Shown: positions 13,201 to 24,537, counted from the first letter of the stretch. The stretch is 64,000 nucleotides of DNA from an uncultured Nitrospinota bacterium (GCA_963707985.1 CAVPRW010000020.1:69199-133198); one strand, 5' to 3'. Notes: generated by a model from the sequence alone, not told the origin. Numbers and translations are program-made.

Positions 13201-13394
13201 GATGAGCGAAAGGCTTTCTGGAGAAAATGCTCGCTCTGTTGGTATGGGAAGCCTAACTACTGGCTTTCGACGCTTCGGTTAGATTCCCGGCACACGCATA
13301 AAACGTGTCTAGGCAAGGGCTTGCGTGAGTATTTTGGTGTCCGCCGGCTGGCTCCAGTTACATTGCGCTACATGCTTCTCAAGCCCAGAAGGGA

Positions 13395-13437
13395 CGACGG
13401 TTTCGAAGGCAGCTTCGGAGTATCTGGTCTGACTTAT
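13395..13437 (-). pseudogene. Relic of an hsdR start directly after ptuB
   Basis: Encodes [15 protein letters not shown] versus Hsd[15 protein letters not shown]. Confidence 0.7.
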
Positions 13438-14135
13438 CGCTGCGCCCTTTTGCTCTCCCGAATCGCCTCGACACGGGCGATATGCCTCTGCAGGGCCTGT
13501 TTGAGTGCGAAGCAAAACGGCTCAAGAGGACCCTGGTTCTGTTCCGCTGCCCTGAGGCCGTAGAGCCGTGCCCGTGCTCTATGTAGGTCAAGTGACGCTC
13601 GTCCTCTCCCACGCACTTCAAGAGTTGCATCAATTGCAGCCTTGCGAAATTGCTTCATCAGCACGTGATTGAGGCCCAATCGATCAATCGTCTTCGTAGC
13701 GGCGTCGTCTGTTGGGCTGCTTGCCCTGATTTCACCATTCAGAGTATAAGAGAACCTCTCCTCACAGCCTGGCCGAAGCGGCGACACAAACAGTGCTTCC
13801 TCTGTCGCGTCGGGCCATGATCCCTTCTTGTGCGCGCCGTACGGCAATCCCGGGGTGTTAGGCGCTGGCACGCACGCGAGCATGTTGGCGAAGGAAGCGT
13901 CCTCTCCGTTCATGCAGTGGGTCTGGGGCTTCGGGTGTTCGATATGGCAACTCATCTCGTTTATCCGGCGCCCTGTATAGGCACAGAGCCCGCCTTGCTC
14001 GGCCACGAGCGCTTGCCGGATCTCTCCTCGCAGGTTCGCCTCGATCAGGCCGTATCCGAAGTTCGGATCGTTCTGATGTGCCGCTCGCCACTGGGTCAGG
14101 CTCTGGGGCTCATTATTCTTCTGAATATGCCGCAT
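13434..14135 (-). CDS. ptuB: PtuB-like HNH endonuclease (TIGR02646/retron-associated type)
   Basis: MRHIQKNNEP..LTQW, LVAEQGGLCAY, CHIEHPKP, NMLAC, TIDRLGLN; follows the ATPase. Confidence 0.85.
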   Translation of the reverse strand: MRHIQKNNEPQSLTQWRAAHQNDPNFGYGLIEANLRGEIRQALVAEQGGLCAYTGRRINEMSCHIEHPKPQTHCMNGEDASFANMLACVPAPNTPGLPYGAHKKGSWPDATEEALFVSPLRPGCEERFSYTLNGEIRASSPTDDAATKTIDRLGLNHVLMKQFRKAAIDATLEVRGRGRASLDLHRARARLYGLRAAEQNQGPLEPFCFALKQALQRHIARVEAIRESKRAQR

Positions 14136-15411
14136 CGCCAAGCGCCTCGAGATTGTTGATGGTTGCTTCCAGCCCAACGACCACGGCATCGTCGCCATGC
14201 AGGAGCGTGCGCAGCTTCTCAAGTCGTTCCCGTGCCGATGCCAGATCGCCACGTTCGAGCGCATCCTCGACGGCATGGATCGCCTGCTGTCGCGGGCGCG
14301 GCTCTCGGCGCAGTTCCCATGATATGCTCGAGCACGTAGTTGGCATCCAGCCCATAAGCCTGCCCACAACGCTCCGGGACGATGCGGTCTCCCTCTTGGC
14401 GCAGAAGCAGCAGGCTTTCCGGCTGGACCTCGCTGATGATCTGCGGCGAGTGCGTCGTTGTCGACGAACTGGCACTTCGGGAAAGTCACCGTCAGTCGCG
14501 AGACGATCTCCCGCTGCCAGCGGGGATGCATGTGCAAGTCGAGCTCGTCGATGAGCACGACGGCCTGTGCGTCTCGGGCCGGATGCTCAAGATCAGGGTT
14601 GACCTGAGCCAGTCGGCGGGTGAGGTCGATCAGCACAGCCAGGAGCCCGCGCTCGCCATCGGAGAGCTGACTCAGATCGAGGGTTGTGCCGCGCTTGTCC
14701 ACGACGAGCCTTGGCTTGTCGCCGCCTTCTACCCGAAGGTTGTGGAACTCACCCAGGAAGGCTGGGAGTGCCTGCTCGACAGCACGGTTTGCGCGTGCAG
14801 GCCGCCCGTCGGTCTCTTCGAGCACGGCTTCCTTGCGCCAGAGCAGGGCGGCCTCTCCGAGACGCAGCCCACGGTCTTCAAGTGCCTCGGCGTATGCGGC
14901 GCCAAGTCCTCCAGCCGCCCGCGCCTTGCTCGCACCCTGCTCCAGGGTAAGCGATCGATGCGCAGAGTAGTAGACGACCAGCGGCGCATCGACGCCGCCT
15001 CGCTTCTTCGGCGATGCCGATGTGCCCACGCTGACTTCGTACTTGTCAGGTGTGTCGACGGCGTGCTCGCGCGGTCGCCCGTCCTCGTCGGCTGCTTGGC
15101 ACGAACTCGGCCACATTCTTCTGGGCGACGCACGTCGCTGTCGTGCCCCCGGGATCGAGGCCAACTGCCACTTCCGCACGGAGGTACGGCCAACCCCTCG
15201 CAATGTCCTCCGGCTGGAACAAGAGGCGCTTCGCAGGCTTCTTCACGAGCCTGGCGAGCGTATGGGACAGCAGCACCCGGAGCGCCCAGAGCACGCTGGT
15301 CTTGCCGACGCCGTTCTCGCCGACGATGAGGGTGAAGCTGGGATCGAACTCGATGGGGGTGCGGCTCGCGAATCCGCGGTATTGCTCGACGGTGAGGCTC
15401 TTCAGGATCAT
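14113..15411 (-). CDS. ptuA: PtuA-like AAA/ABC ATPase (frameshifted)
   Basis: LIVGENGVGKTS (Walker A), LSQLSDGERGLLAVLIDLTRRL, VLIDELDLHMHPRWQR. Confidence 0.85.
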
Positions 15412-16730
15412 GCAGCGCCCTCCACCTCGATCTGCCCCGTCACCGCAGCGGCGATCAGGGCGGCACGGCGCTCCTTGAGCAGGGCGATGGTGCGCTCTGT
15501 CGCCGTGCGCAGCGCGTCCAGCTTGGCCGTCTCTGCGGCGATGTGGGCGACGATGGCGCGCTGCTCGTCGAGCGGCGGCACGGAACCACGACGTCGCCGA
15601 ATCCCTCCGGGTAAAGTCCTGCAATCGTGACGCCCAGACGTTCCTTGCGACGTAACCGTGTCACCTCTAGCGCTCAAGTCTGCGTGCATGCGAACAGAGC
15701 GTCGACATAGCTCGGATCGAGTCGCAGCGGCAGCGGATACACGTTGTAGCCAGCGGGCTAGCAATGCCCCATCCTGCTGGTAGACGAACGCCATGCGCGC
15801 CATGCCAGCGCCACATCGGTGTTGAAGACGAGATCACCGTCGCTCAAGCAGATCTTGCTACGCACCTCAGGTCGGGATCCGCCTCGAACGATTCATCTCG
15901 CAGGTTGCTTTCCGGATCGACGTCGTCACCCGGACGAACTGAGGGACACGTGAGGAGTCGTCCTCCAGCGCAGCTTCATCGGCTCCGTATGCAGCGCTCG
16001 CGAAGTAGCCACTTCAGCTCGCGCTGATCTCCCAATGCGCCGGAATCTCGCCGAGCCAGGGGATGCCGGAGTCGCGGAGGGGGGCGCGGGGGTCGAGGCC
16101 GCGGGTGACGGCGCGGGTGATGAGCGCCCGGCGCTTCTCGGCCAACAGCCCGAGCACCCGCTCCTTCGCCGCCACCAGCGCATCCAGCCGCGCCGTCTCG
16201 CGGTCGAGGTAGTCGGCGATGGCGCGTTGCTGCGTGAGCGGAGGAACTGGAACGCGACATCGCCGCGAACTCGCTCGGCATTCGAGCGCGTAGCTGATCG
16301 CCGCCGAGCTCGCATGACTCGACTGCTGCTCGAAGCCATGGCAGAGCAGCGCGAATAGCCAGCGAACCGCGCATCGAGCGTCGCGATCGACGCAGCACGA
16401 CGATGGTCGATAGCCCAGCAGACTCGCCAGCCAGTCGTCGCGTCGATCGAGCGCAGATCGCCTGAGGTCGTCCGACTGCCGAGCCGATGATGACGTCGCC
16501 AGCCACGCAGTCGCAGCTTCGCGAGCTCGACTCGCGTGCAGTCTTGCGACAGCGAGTACGAGCCGTCATCGACGAGCTCGCTGTCGTATGACATCGATGT
16601 AGCTCCGACGCAACGTACGGCGCTCGTCGGTATCCGGCGTCTGCTCGTCCGTTGACCGACGACGTAGTCAGCGTCTGGCGGACTGCGCCTGCCATCGCTG
16701 CGGCAGCGGGTCGATCCAATCGGCACTCAC
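15408..16730 (-). CDS. hsdS: Type I RM specificity subunit HsdS (TRD regions garbled)
   Basis: Conserved helices [24 protein letters not shown]...[25 protein letters not shown] and [13 protein letters not shown]...[14 protein letters not shown]. Confidence 0.8.
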
Positions 16731-18728
16731 TCCGTCACCTCCCGCAGCAGCCGCATGATCTCTTCCTCCGCCTGCTTCAGCTCCGCGTCGATCTCCTCCA
16801 GCGGCCGCGGCGGCGTGTACTTGTAGAAGTGGCGGTTGAAGTTGATCTCGTAGCCGACCTTGTCCTTGCTGCGGTCCATCCAGGCGTCGGGCACGTGGGG
16901 CCGCACCTCGCGCTCGAAGTAGGCGTCGATGTCGTCCTTGAGCGGCACGTTCTCGAAGTCGCGCAGGTCGGGGTCGGGCTCGTAGCCCGTCGTCGCGCCC
17001 GCCCTTGGCGACCGGCTCGGCCTCGGGGTCCTTCTGCGTGAAGACGCTGCGGAAGAGCTTCTGCTCGGTCGCCTTCCAGCGCGACTTGCGCTCGTGCAGC
17101 AGGTCCTCGATGCGGCTCCCAGACCGCGTTCCAGTCGCGCTGCGGCTCGCGGCCGAGCGCCTTGTCGATGGCCTGCACGTCGTCGAGCAGGTGCGGGCAG
17201 GCGTCGAGGAAGCGGGCCTTGTCCTCGACGGTCATCTGGTAGCGCAGGCGCAGCGGCCGCTCGACGGTGACGCGGGTGTAGCCGAAGTCGGCGTTGTCGA
17301 AGATCTTCGAGGTCTCGCCGTCGGCTGAACCGGCCGTAGAGCTGCACGATCTCGGCGATCTGGCTCGCCGGTCATGTGCCGTCGCTTGTCGCCGAGGCTT
17401 CGCGCTTGTCGTCCTCGCTGCCGCCTGGGCACGTCCAGAACGTCGCGGGCGTCGAGGAGCTGGATCTTGCCCTTGCGGCGCTTCTCCTTGCGGTTGGTGA
17501 CGATCCAGACGTAGGTGCCGATGCCGGTGTTGTAGAACATCTGCTCCGGCAGGGCGATGATGGCCTCGAGCCAGTCGTTCTCGATGATCCACTTGCGGAT
17601 GTCGCTCTCGCCCGAGCCCGCGCCGCCGGTGAAGAGCGGCGAGCCGCTGAAGACGATGGCCAGGCGCGAGCCGTGCTTGTGCTCGGCCGGGCGCACGGGC
17701 TCGAACTTGCTGATCATGTGCTGCAGGAAGAGCAGCGAGCCGTCGTTCACGCGCGGCAGCCCGGCGCCGAAGCGGCCGGCGAAGCCGCGCTTGTCGTGCT
17801 CCCGCTGGATCTCCTTCTGCTGCTTCTTCCAGTCCACGCCGAAGGGCGGATTGGTGAGGAAGTAGTCGAAGGTCTCGCCCGCGAACTGGTCGTCGGTGAA
17901 GCTGTCGCCGAAGCGGACGTTGTCGCCGCCGCCGTTGTGGTCCACCTGCTTCATGAGCATGTCGGAGGCGGCGGTGGCGAAGGCGCGCTTGTTGTAGTCC
18001 TGCCCGTAGACGTAGAGCCTGGCCGCGCGCGTGGTGCTCGCGCAGGTAGTTCTGCGCCTCGGCCAGCATGCCGCCGGTGCCGCAGGCCGGGTCGAGCAGC
18101 TTGCGCACGGTGCCGGGCGTGGCGAGCAGCTTGTCGTCGTGGATGAACAGGATGTTCACCATCAGCCGGATGACCTCGCGCGGCGTGAAGTGGTCGCCCG
18201 CGGTCTCGTTGGCCAGCTCGTTGAAGCGGCGGATGAGGTTCTCGAAGATCAGCCCCATCTGCTCGTTCGGCACCGCGTTCGGGTGCAGGTCCACGTCGCA
18301 GAACTTGGAGACGACGAGGTAGAGGATGTTCGCCTCGCGCATCTTCTCGATCTCGTTCTCGAACTCGAAGAAGTCGAAGATGCGTGCGGACGTTGGCCGA
18401 GAAGCCCTTGATGTAGCTGACGAGGTGCTTCTCGATGTTGTCGGGGTCGCCCTTCAGCTTCTCGAAGTCGAGCGGCGAGTGGTTGTGGAAGCGCTGGCCG
18501 GCGGCCTTGTTGAGCATCGTGTCGAGCGCGTCGTCCTTCGAGCTTGCCGCCCTTGCGCCTCTCGTACTCCGCCAGGACCTTGGCCTTGGTCGGCGCGAGC
18601 ACGCAGTCGAAGCGGCGCAGCACGGTCATCGGCAGCATGACGCGCTCGTACTGCGGCGGCCGGTACGGGCCGCGCAGCAGGTCGGCGATCTGCCAGATGA
18701 GGTTCGCGAAGTAGTTGTGGTCAGGCAT
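16727..18728 (-). CDS. hsdM: Type I RM methyltransferase HsdM (frameshifted)
   Basis: [40 protein letters not shown] (N6-adenine MTase), [21 protein letters not shown]. Confidence 0.93.
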
Positions 18729-19185
18729 TGATTCCCTCATCCTGCATGTGCGTCTACCTCAAAATCTGGTCCAATACCTCAGCCAACGTCGGCTCAGGAT
18801 GAGCTTCGACATCTAAGCGTGTGTGTCTGTGCTCTAGTTGTGGGAGTGCTGGCCTATGTGCGGCATTATCATACCGGAAAATCAGATTGTGTTCAGCATT
18901 TTGATCATGGTAGGCCTACATGATTTTTGGCTCGGCCTGCGTCGCGTCAACATACTTGCGGAAATGTACCTCTGAGCCATCGCCAAATTGTCATATTCCA
19001 GCCATGAGTCCAGGCACGGCCACCGTTGATCCACCTGAAAAGTACTCAGGACTGCCTCATCTGTGGCAACCACGTGGTTGAGCAGATCAGTGATGTGCTG
19101 AACATACTGAGGACACGTGATAGCTGGCAGGCTCCAGGTCTCGTAGCTCGGCCTCTGATCCTCAATGATCAATGAGCGAGTGACC

Positions 19186-19520
19186 TTACCAACTGAACTT
19201 AGCCATCGAGAGGGATACGAAACCATCCTTGTCCGCAGGCATGCCATACCACTGGGCCAATCGATGCAAAGCAGTCAGGGTGCACGCGACATGTGCCTGA
19301 GCATGGGCCCAGACATGGTGCCTGACTTTCTTGACGTGGCTGACCAGGGGGCACCACCGAGAAGACCGTCTCGACCAGCCGGCGGTCGTTCCCCTCGCCG
19401 CCCTGATACCGAGTGAACTGGACGAGATCACCCGCTGCCGCATGGATGACCCTCTCGTGCAAGATCATCTACACGGCGTGGAGGTTGGCACGTCGCCAGC
19501 ATCCTGCTGCGACTTTGATC
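19186..19520 (-). pseudogene. Degenerate DDE transposase C-terminal relic
   Basis: HAAAGD...NDRRLVETVFS / LVSHVKKVRHHVWAH...LAQWYG..DGFVSLSMAKFS across frames. Confidence 0.55.
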
Positions 19521-20294
19521 GTCGAACCCAACATGTTCCATGACACCTCAGGCTGGGATTCGACTCTTTACATCGCACCGTGGTTTAGCCGAGGGGCGCG
19601 GATCGGTTCCACCACATCATTTGGCGTAAGATCGGGGAAGCGAGAGAGCAACATCGAGTCAATACGACATCACCTGCGCAACCTTGCACACTGGTGGTTA
19701 GGCCTACGCAACGCCGGCCGGGAAGCCGGCAGACCCATATCCGTTGCTGAGCCAATTTCACGTGATTCTAGGTACATTTGGTGCCAGCGGTCGTGGTCGG
19801 TATGTTTCTTGCGTTGGGAGAATGCAATGACTCTTCACGCAAGGGTCTGGGCGTGGCGGGATCGGACATCAAAAAAGTTTGAAGCTCGTCGCAGCGCCTA
19901 CAGACCAGCGCCATACCCCGTAAAATTTTGCCATCATTCACATCTAGACTACCAGGCTTTTGGTAACCTGGTGCACTTCAGATTTTTAAGGTCCTGAGCA
20001 GCAATGAGGCGCGTATAGGCGGCGGGAGTGCAATATGAGTAGCCTCGCCCAATCGTGCTCTTTTCATTGTATCTTTCATCAGTGGATTCGATTACAATGG
20101 TCTGGCATCTTAACCGACTGGAGCAATCACGCGCCATTCGTCATCGGGTTGAAGCGGGTGCTCGCCTGTGCACAGGCCCCCAACCGCAGCGTACCCAGAT
20201 TATCGAGGGAGAGTCCTTCGTACCACTGGCATCGCTGACGCGGTTACGCTATCTCCTCCTTCTCATACATAGACCAATCTCCAGGAGGACACAC

Positions 20295-20672
20295 ATGGCA
20301 GACGAACGCATCATTACCCTGCACATTGCCTTTCACGACCCGGCTCTGGATGCGGAGGAGCAGGAAAGGGAAGCTCACAACCTGCTGCATGACCTGCAAC
20401 AGCTCGATGAAGTGGGGGAGGTCGCTCGCGTGCATGATCCACATCCCCCAGAAGGGAGTAAGGCCATTGGGGCTTTTCTGGTGGGACTCGTGCAGGTGGC
20501 GGTCACGGCGCCACAGGTGACGGCACTGCTAGGATATTTGAGCAATCGTCTGGCGGGAAAAAGCATCGAGCTGGAGATCGAGGCGCAAGGCAAGAAGCTG
20601 AAAGTGATCGCCCACACACAAGCCGAATTGCTCGCCGCCGTCGCCGCAGCGCGACAATTCGTCGTGGCCTAA
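20295..20672 (+). CDS. EACC1-like small protein (effector-associated constant component)
   Basis: LDAEEQEREAHNLLHDL, PEGSKA followed by a hydrophobic hairpin, IELEIEAQGKKLKV; directly upstream of a caspase; RBS AGGAGG. Confidence 0.75.
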   Translation: MADERIITLHIAFHDPALDAEEQEREAHNLLHDLQQLDEVGEVARVHDPHPPEGSKAIGAFLVGLVQVAVTAPQVTALLGYLSNRLAGKSIELEIEAQGKKLKVIAHTQAELLAAVAAARQFVVA

Positions 20673-20682
20673 GGACGCTCAT

Positions 20683-23600
20683 ATGGCAAAGATCGCCTTG
20701 CTGATTGGGACTAGCGAGTATGCCACGGGCTTGGAGACGCTCCCCTCGGCGGTAAGAGATGCCGAAGCCATGCAGCGTGTATTGCAGCATCCCGACATCG
20801 GCGGATTTGCAACATCGGATGTCACAGTGCTACAAAATCCTGACCGGCAACTCATGGAAGAAGCGATCGAACACCTGTTTGCAGATCGGCAGAAGGATGA
20901 CTTGCTGCTGCTGTTCTTCTCCGGTCATGGAATGAAGGATGAGACGGGGAAGCTGTTTCTGGCCACCAGCACCACGCGCAAAAATGCCCGAGGTGAGCTC
21001 GTTCGCTCCTCAGCCGTGGCCGCGAGCTTTGTCCATGACAGTATGAGTCGTAGTCGGTCGAAGCGGCAAGTAGTCATCCTGGACAGCTGCTTTAGTGGCG
21101 CGTTTCCCGAAGGGTTGGCCGCAAAGGATGACGGTACGATCGATATTCGTACTCAACTCGGTGGCGAGGGGCGAGCGATACTTACGTCCTCCAGTGCTAC
21201 GGAATATTCGTTTGACGAGAAGGGGGCAGATCTCTCGATTTACACCCAGTATTTGGTTGAAGGCATGACCACTGGTGCGGCGGATCTCGATGACGATGGG
21301 GTGGTCTCGATCGATGAGTTACACGCGTATGCCAGCACCAAGGTCAGAGACTCGCAGCCGGCGATGAAGCCCGAGATTTACTCGATCCGCGAGGGGTTTA
21401 AGATCCGACTGACCAAAGTGCCGCCGGGCGATCCTGTGCAGAAATATCGTCAGGAGGTCAAGCGCTACCTGAGCCGTGGTGAGGTGTCTTTTGTGGGGCG
21501 CAAGACGTTGGACGCGCTACGCAGTCGCTTGGGGCTCTCGGCAGCGGACGCCACGACGATTGAAGATGAGATGCTCGCCGCAGCGCGCCAGGCATTTCAC
21601 GACAAGCTACAGCAATACGAGCGGGACTTCACCGAGGCACTGCAGCAGGAGGTCGCCCTTGATGAGGCTGATCTCACGCTGCTGCGCCAGAATCTCCAGC
21701 ACATTTTGGGGCTGCGCCCTGAAGATACCCGGCCAATAGAGGTCCAGGTGAGGTCTCGCATCGCAGCCGATACACAGCACCGGCAGCAGTATGAGCAGGC
21801 CTTGGCGGAAGCGCTGCGACAAGAGTATCCGCTCAGTCCAGCAACACGTCAGCGGTTACAGCAAATGCAGCAGGATTGGCAACTCTCCGACGCAGACATC
21901 GAACCGATCGAACGCCGCATTACCGCAGAGCTCGAGGCCTATCGTCACAAATTGCGGCAGTACGAACAGGCATTGGCCAGGGCAACGCAGCAGAAGTATG
22001 CCCTCAGTGAGGCTCAGCGCCATGCCCTGTTGGAGGAGCAGCGTACTTTATGTCTAACGGATGAAGACATTGCTCCCCTCGAAGCCCAAATGCATGCTGA
22101 GATTGAAGCATACCAACAAAAATTACAGCAGTACGAGCAGGTGCTGATTCACGCCATGCAGGATGAATACCCGCTCGGCGAGGAGGTTCGCCAGGAGTTA
22201 GGTCAATTTCAGAGAGTTTTGGGACTTGAGGATGAAGAAGTAGCACACATTGAAGCAAACGTTGTTCGACAACACGCCCCCACGGAGATTCAACCGGGCT
22301 TCTCAACGCCAACGCCAAATGGAGACGATGTTTCTGAGACACAGCCCGCCTATGCTACCCCTCAGGTTTCAACAAACACGTCGCGCGTGGCGGTTGGTGT
22401 CGGTATTGCTGCTCTTGTGGCTTGCGTCCTTATATACTTTTCTCTACTCAGGCCATCACCTAGTCCACTACAGCTTCCACAACATGTACAGACACAATCT
22501 GATAACGTCTTGCCTGATTCTCATACGACTCTGCAGATGACTCCTACGGATTTCAATAAGAGGGGAAATGAGAAGTACGATACAAACAACTATCAGGGAG
22601 CGATAGAGGATGACACCGCGGCGATTAAACTGGATACCAACTATGCCGAGGCCGACCACAACCGCGGTGTTGCCCGCACTGCCCAGGGAGATAAGCCAGG
22701 AGCAGGCGAGGATTATCAAACTGCCGCAGACCAGGGCGACGTAAGCGGACAAACCAACCTGCTCCGAATGGACGAGCTTGCTCGAGACATGACCCAACCC
22801 AAGGAACCTCTGAAGGCGGAGTGTCCGCCAGATGAGCTCTCAACGCTCGGCAAGGTGGCGCCAATGTATGTTCAATGGCACACGTCCCGTCATGCCCAAT
22901 GGGAAGAAGATGAGTTCAAGGACCCCATTCTAGAGGCACTAGCCAAAGAAGAGGAGGGCCAGGAAGGCACAGCCCAGGGACGTGGCCCTGTCTTTCAGCG
23001 CATGCTACCTATTCTAGAGGCGGCTGACTCTGCTAAAGCGGAACGTGTTAAGTCTGGGCTCCGGGCGAGTGCGGTCTTGGGAGATCTGCGCGCTGGCAAG
23101 GAAGCGCGTCATGAGGCCGTAGATAAGCTTGACAAGGAGTTTCGGGCATCCCTTACCTGCTTGAGCAGGTCTCTAAAAGCCATTGAGTATTTGACCAAGC
23201 TCAACGACATGCCGAGCTTCCCCGATCCAATTGTTGATCCAGAAGGGGAAATAGGCAGATTTCTTGGTGCCTACATGCGCAAACACGTGATCGTGAACCA
23301 CGATCAGTTGACCCATCAAATTGTGATCAAGGCTCTGAATGCGCACAAGGGCATTCAACCTTCTGCGAAAGGCTCTTTTTCAAGGACAGCAAGTTTAGTA
23401 TTGATTGAGAAAGCCTTGGAGAATCTTGACCCCAAAATCGCGGCTGAGGTGCGTCAGGGCCGTGGCGACCAGGCTCGCAAAGAATTTCTCGATGGTGAGC
23501 CAAAACTCCAGCAAAGACAGGCGGAGGCCACAAAAGACTATGAGGATTCCTACAAGATTCTTTCCAAAGAATACCAGGAAGCTCTCATCGCCCTGGCACC

Positions 23601-23799
23601 TGAGTCTGCCACTCCTCCGCCCCACCAGAGTCACGAGGACAAAGGTCTGCAGAAGGATGCACCTCCTCAAGAGCTGCGAGAGACAACCCAGCTACCCCAA
23701 ACCTCAGCGCCGCCCAAGGTCCTAACGAAGCCAAGAAAGCAAGACCCACCCAAACAAGAACCACCCAGGGATCCTAACCAATGGCACAGGGAAAGATGA
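20683..23799 (+). CDS. Caspase (peptidase C14, EACC1-associated type) with 5 helical repeats, TM helix, TPR and unknown C-terminal domain
   Basis: KIALLIGTSEY, FSGHG and LDSCFSG (His/Cys dyad), ~57-aa repeats QYEQAL..EYPLS, TM VAVGVGIAALVACVLIYFSLL, TPR FNKRGNEKY..AIKLDTNYAEA. Confidence 0.9.
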   Translation: MAKIALLIGTSEYATGLETLPSAVRDAEAMQRVLQHPDIGGFATSDVTVLQNPDRQLMEEAIEHLFADRQKDDLLLLFFSGHGMKDETGKLFLATSTTRKNARGELVRSSAVAASFVHDSMSRSRSKRQVVILDSCFSGAFPEGLAAKDDGTIDIRTQLGGEGRAILTSSSATEYSFDEKGADLSIYTQYLVEGMTTGAADLDDDGVVSIDELHAYASTKVRDSQPAMKPEIYSIREGFKIRLTKVPPGDPVQKYRQEVKRYLSRGEVSFVGRKTLDALRSRLGLSAADATTIEDEMLAAARQAFHDKLQQYERDFTEALQQEVALDEADLTLLRQNLQHILGLRPEDTRPIEVQVRSRIAADTQHRQQYEQALAEALRQEYPLSPATRQRLQQMQQDWQLSDADIEPIERRITAELEAYRHKLRQYEQALARATQQKYALSEAQRHALLEEQRTLCLTDEDIAPLEAQMHAEIEAYQQKLQQYEQVLIHAMQDEYPLGEEVRQELGQFQRVLGLEDEEVAHIEANVVRQHAPTEIQPGFSTPTPNGDDVSETQPAYATPQVSTNTSRVAVGVGIAALVACVLIYFSLLRPSPSPLQLPQHVQTQSDNVLPDSHTTLQMTPTDFNKRGNEKYDTNNYQGAIEDDTAAIKLDTNYAEADHNRGVARTAQGDKPGAGEDYQTAADQGDVSGQTNLLRMDELARDMTQPKEPLKAECPPDELSTLGKVAPMYVQWHTSRHAQWEEDEFKDPILEALAKEEEGQEGTAQGRGPVFQRMLPILEAADSAKAERVKSGLRASAVLGDLRAGKEARHEAVDKLDKEFRASLTCLSRSLKAIEYLTKLNDMPSFPDPIVDPEGEIGRFLGAYMRKHVIVNHDQLTHQIVIKALNAHKGIQPSAKGSFSRTASLVLIEKALENLDPKIAAEVRQGRGDQARKEFLDGEPKLQQRQAEATKDYEDSYKILSKEYQEALIALAPESATPPPHQSHEDKGLQKDAPPQELRETTQLPQTSAPPKVLTKPRKQDPPKQEPPRDPNQWHRER

Positions 23800-24335
23800 T
23801 GCCGCTCTACCACGTGACAACTGCCCTCTTTCTGCGTTTAGCGTGTATGCTATTAGCGTTCCTACTCATCAGTTGTGCCCAATCTATCCCACTGTTGCCT
23901 GGGGCATATATGGGTCAACCTATGCCGGCGGGGGAATACCCGATATTATCAGCAAGCGAGACTCAAAAAAAGTATGGATGCATGACATCTCGTGATATCC
24001 AATTTGGACTCGGACAGACAACTATTCACCCAGAAACAGTTCAACCTCGGGGAAGAATCAATCAGATATTATACTATTACATGTGCTCTCCGTCCGTTAA
24101 CGATATTCTACAAGTTCAGATGACGACAATACTGTATTTTTCAGGAAAAGAGATTCAGCGTTATGTAGACAAGGATAAAATTAAGCCTGGAACATGGGCT
24201 AGATCCGTTATTTTTCATCTCCCAGTAGAGTCAGAAAGTGGTAAATATGTGCTAGAGACTTGGGTGTCATATCAAACCAAAACTGAAAAGCGCAGCGCAT
24301 CATTCTATGTTGAGAAGCCATCTTCCAAGCGCTAA
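23796..24335 (+). CDS. Hypothetical lipoprotein, coupled to the caspase stop (ATGA overlap)
   Basis: Lipobox LLISC; noticeably AT-rich. Confidence 0.7.
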   Translation: MMPLYHVTTALFLRLACMLLAFLLISCAQSIPLLPGAYMGQPMPAGEYPILSASETQKKYGCMTSRDIQFGLGQTTIHPETVQPRGRINQILYYYMCSPSVNDILQVQMTTILYFSGKEIQRYVDKDKIKPGTWARSVIFHLPVESESGKYVLETWVSYQTKTEKRSASFYVEKPSSKR

Positions 24336-24537
24336 ATTCCAGGATACTGGCGTTGACTCGACGACTGTGAAAAAGGCCGGACCATTTTCATGCCTCTTGC
24401 TGGCTCGTGGGGCATGGCAACTATTGTGTTTTGGCTGGTAGATGTAACCCAAAGCGATCGCCCCAGCTTTTTCATGGTCTTATCACTCAATCGCGGGCTG
24501 CCCCCAAATCCGTATGCTCTCCTATGAACCGCAGCCC

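Noticed and set aside
13434..15203. ATPase-HNH fusion (589-aa ORF)
   Set aside because: A frameshift artefact; ptuA's own C-terminus ends at 14113 and ptuB has its own ATG at 14135.
13434..15411. Retron (Ec78-type) system implied by PtuAB
   Set aside because: No adjacent RT or msr/msd; the RT at 57-59 kb is in a separate cassette and lacks the retron VTG motif.
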